In this document: piece by piece, positions 62,748 through 64,000 of the stretch
How positions within the stretch are numbered: position 1 is the stretch's first letter
How the letters are laid out: every line of letters begins with the position of its first letter
Assembly (NCBI GenBank): GCA_000708835.1
Contig: DF237137.1
Span: forward strand, 95,815-159,814
Direction: 5' to 3'
Source: Klebsormidium nitens
Taxonomy: Eukaryota; Plantae; Klebsormidiophyceae
Length of the DNA: 64,000 bases
Notes under the pieces: model-generated
Told to the model about the DNA's origin: nothing
The model's input: the letters and a program-made list of their open reading frames with translations, nothing else
Databases searched by the model: none
Translations under genes and position numbers: made by a program

Positions 62748-64000
62748 CGGAAATAGGTGCTAACGATGAGCTCGATGGGTCTTAAGAAGTACAGCTGGTA
62801 GCTGAAGGGAGAATTGTTGGATCCACGAAAGGGGAAAGCACGCTAGCGCCTTTTAATGGACAACAAGAGACCGTTTTGCGATAAATGCAAAGCCCGAAGG
62901 CCGAGTTTATGCTCCACATTCGTTCCTAAGAGAATCTTACGTCGCTACTGCCTCGGCTGACTTGATTGCGGCAGAATGTGTATGCGGCCGGCCGTGCCTT
63001 TATCATGGTAAGATTGCTGGAGAGCGGCGTCCGACTGAATGCCACGATGAACGTGTGCGCGTCAATTAGCATAAGTAAGGGGGCCGCGGATTACCTGCGG
63101 GCCTTTGCATACGTTATGCAGCAGTACAGCAGCGACCAGTTTTTGCGCTGAGGAGTTTTGAGCCCAGATCAAAATCATGTGCACGATCGATATGCAAGTT
63201 TGAGAGTAGAAGCTCTGCTAGGTGATTGAACTGCTCAGTGGCGAAAATCTATGGATGGTGGCAGATTGCATGCTTAGTCGGACGTAAAAATATGCATGGC
63301 AGCTTCATCCAAGTTCAGCGCACGTGTGGATCAACAGCGCCTGACCTACTGACGCAAAAGCAGCTTCCGGCTACCGTCACGCTGGATGCAAATACTCATG
63401 CTTTTGAGCTCTACGTGTGAATCGGGAGAACTGTGATGACAATAAGTGAATGATCATTAAGTGTGTATATCTTACAGTATACCGTTGGTCGGCCATTAAG
63501 CTTATCATACTCAACATTTGATCCGGCCATCAAGACCTGAGCGCGCGAGCAGGCGGGCCGAAGGTGAACTTGTACTAAACATGCAGCCAAATCATCCGTA
63601 TCCATCAGTCTAGCTTAGCTTATGGCCGCCTCTTTAGAAGTATTGACACCTACATGTGCTTTTCAAGGACCGGACAAGGCTCATGCCAGTATAGGTAAGT
63701 TACGCCAAATTGACCACAATCATGTGCAAGCAGCAACAATTTTGTCCCTGCTCCAGTCTTTTGATCCACCTCGGCGAAATCCAGATCTCCAAGTTCTCCT
63801 GCCCACCTCTAAAACCCCTCGGCTCCTACCGCGCCAGTTGGCGCGACCTTGCATTTCCCCCCAACTCTGCCCCGGGCATCGCCTTTTCGTATAAGCTATC
63901 CGCCACAAGTAACAATAGGTAGTGGCCGGGACTGCTCTGAGGGCCCAGCATTTACCATTACCGCTTTTCTGCAAACCGTTCCCTCCCACCCATGCCATGA

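Noticed and set aside
62760-64000. Short ORFs after the PPR stop codon
   Set aside because: No recognisable motifs or splice structure; probably UTR or intergenic.

Overview
Eukaryotic nuclear DNA with intron-rich genes, GT-AG introns and a 496-nt N gap. It is most likely a streptophyte green alga such as Klebsormidium, inferred from a TTTTAGGG-type telomeric tract, plant-type U6 promoter architecture and plastid/mitochondrial presequences. I assembled the gene models by hand from splice sites, so minor exons may be wrong. From left to right the window holds: (1) the 3' end of a KDZ (Kyakuja-Dileera-Zisupton) transposase, then a DUF3987-type P-loop NTPase and a divergent but motif-complete PrimPol arranged head-to-head, possibly one replication-competent DNA element; (2) a ~128-bp hairpin tandem array across the gap and a decayed Ty3/gypsy gag-protease; (3) a CISD2-type NEET gene and a MYND-finger/alpha-beta hydrolase gene; (4) three paralogous PARP-fold ADP-ribosyltransferase-like genes with an unusual H-W-L triad; (5) a heme-oxygenase-like diiron (iron-containing redox enzyme) gene with one frameshift in a G6 run, next to a CYP746-like P450 on the same strand; (6) U6 snRNA, TSR2, plastid SufS/NFS2 and a mitochondrial-type PPR gene. 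Across many genes, introns carry decayed tandem copies ('echoes') of the adjacent exon start or end together with its splice site. Family assignments rest on motifs recognised from memory; no database searches were run.
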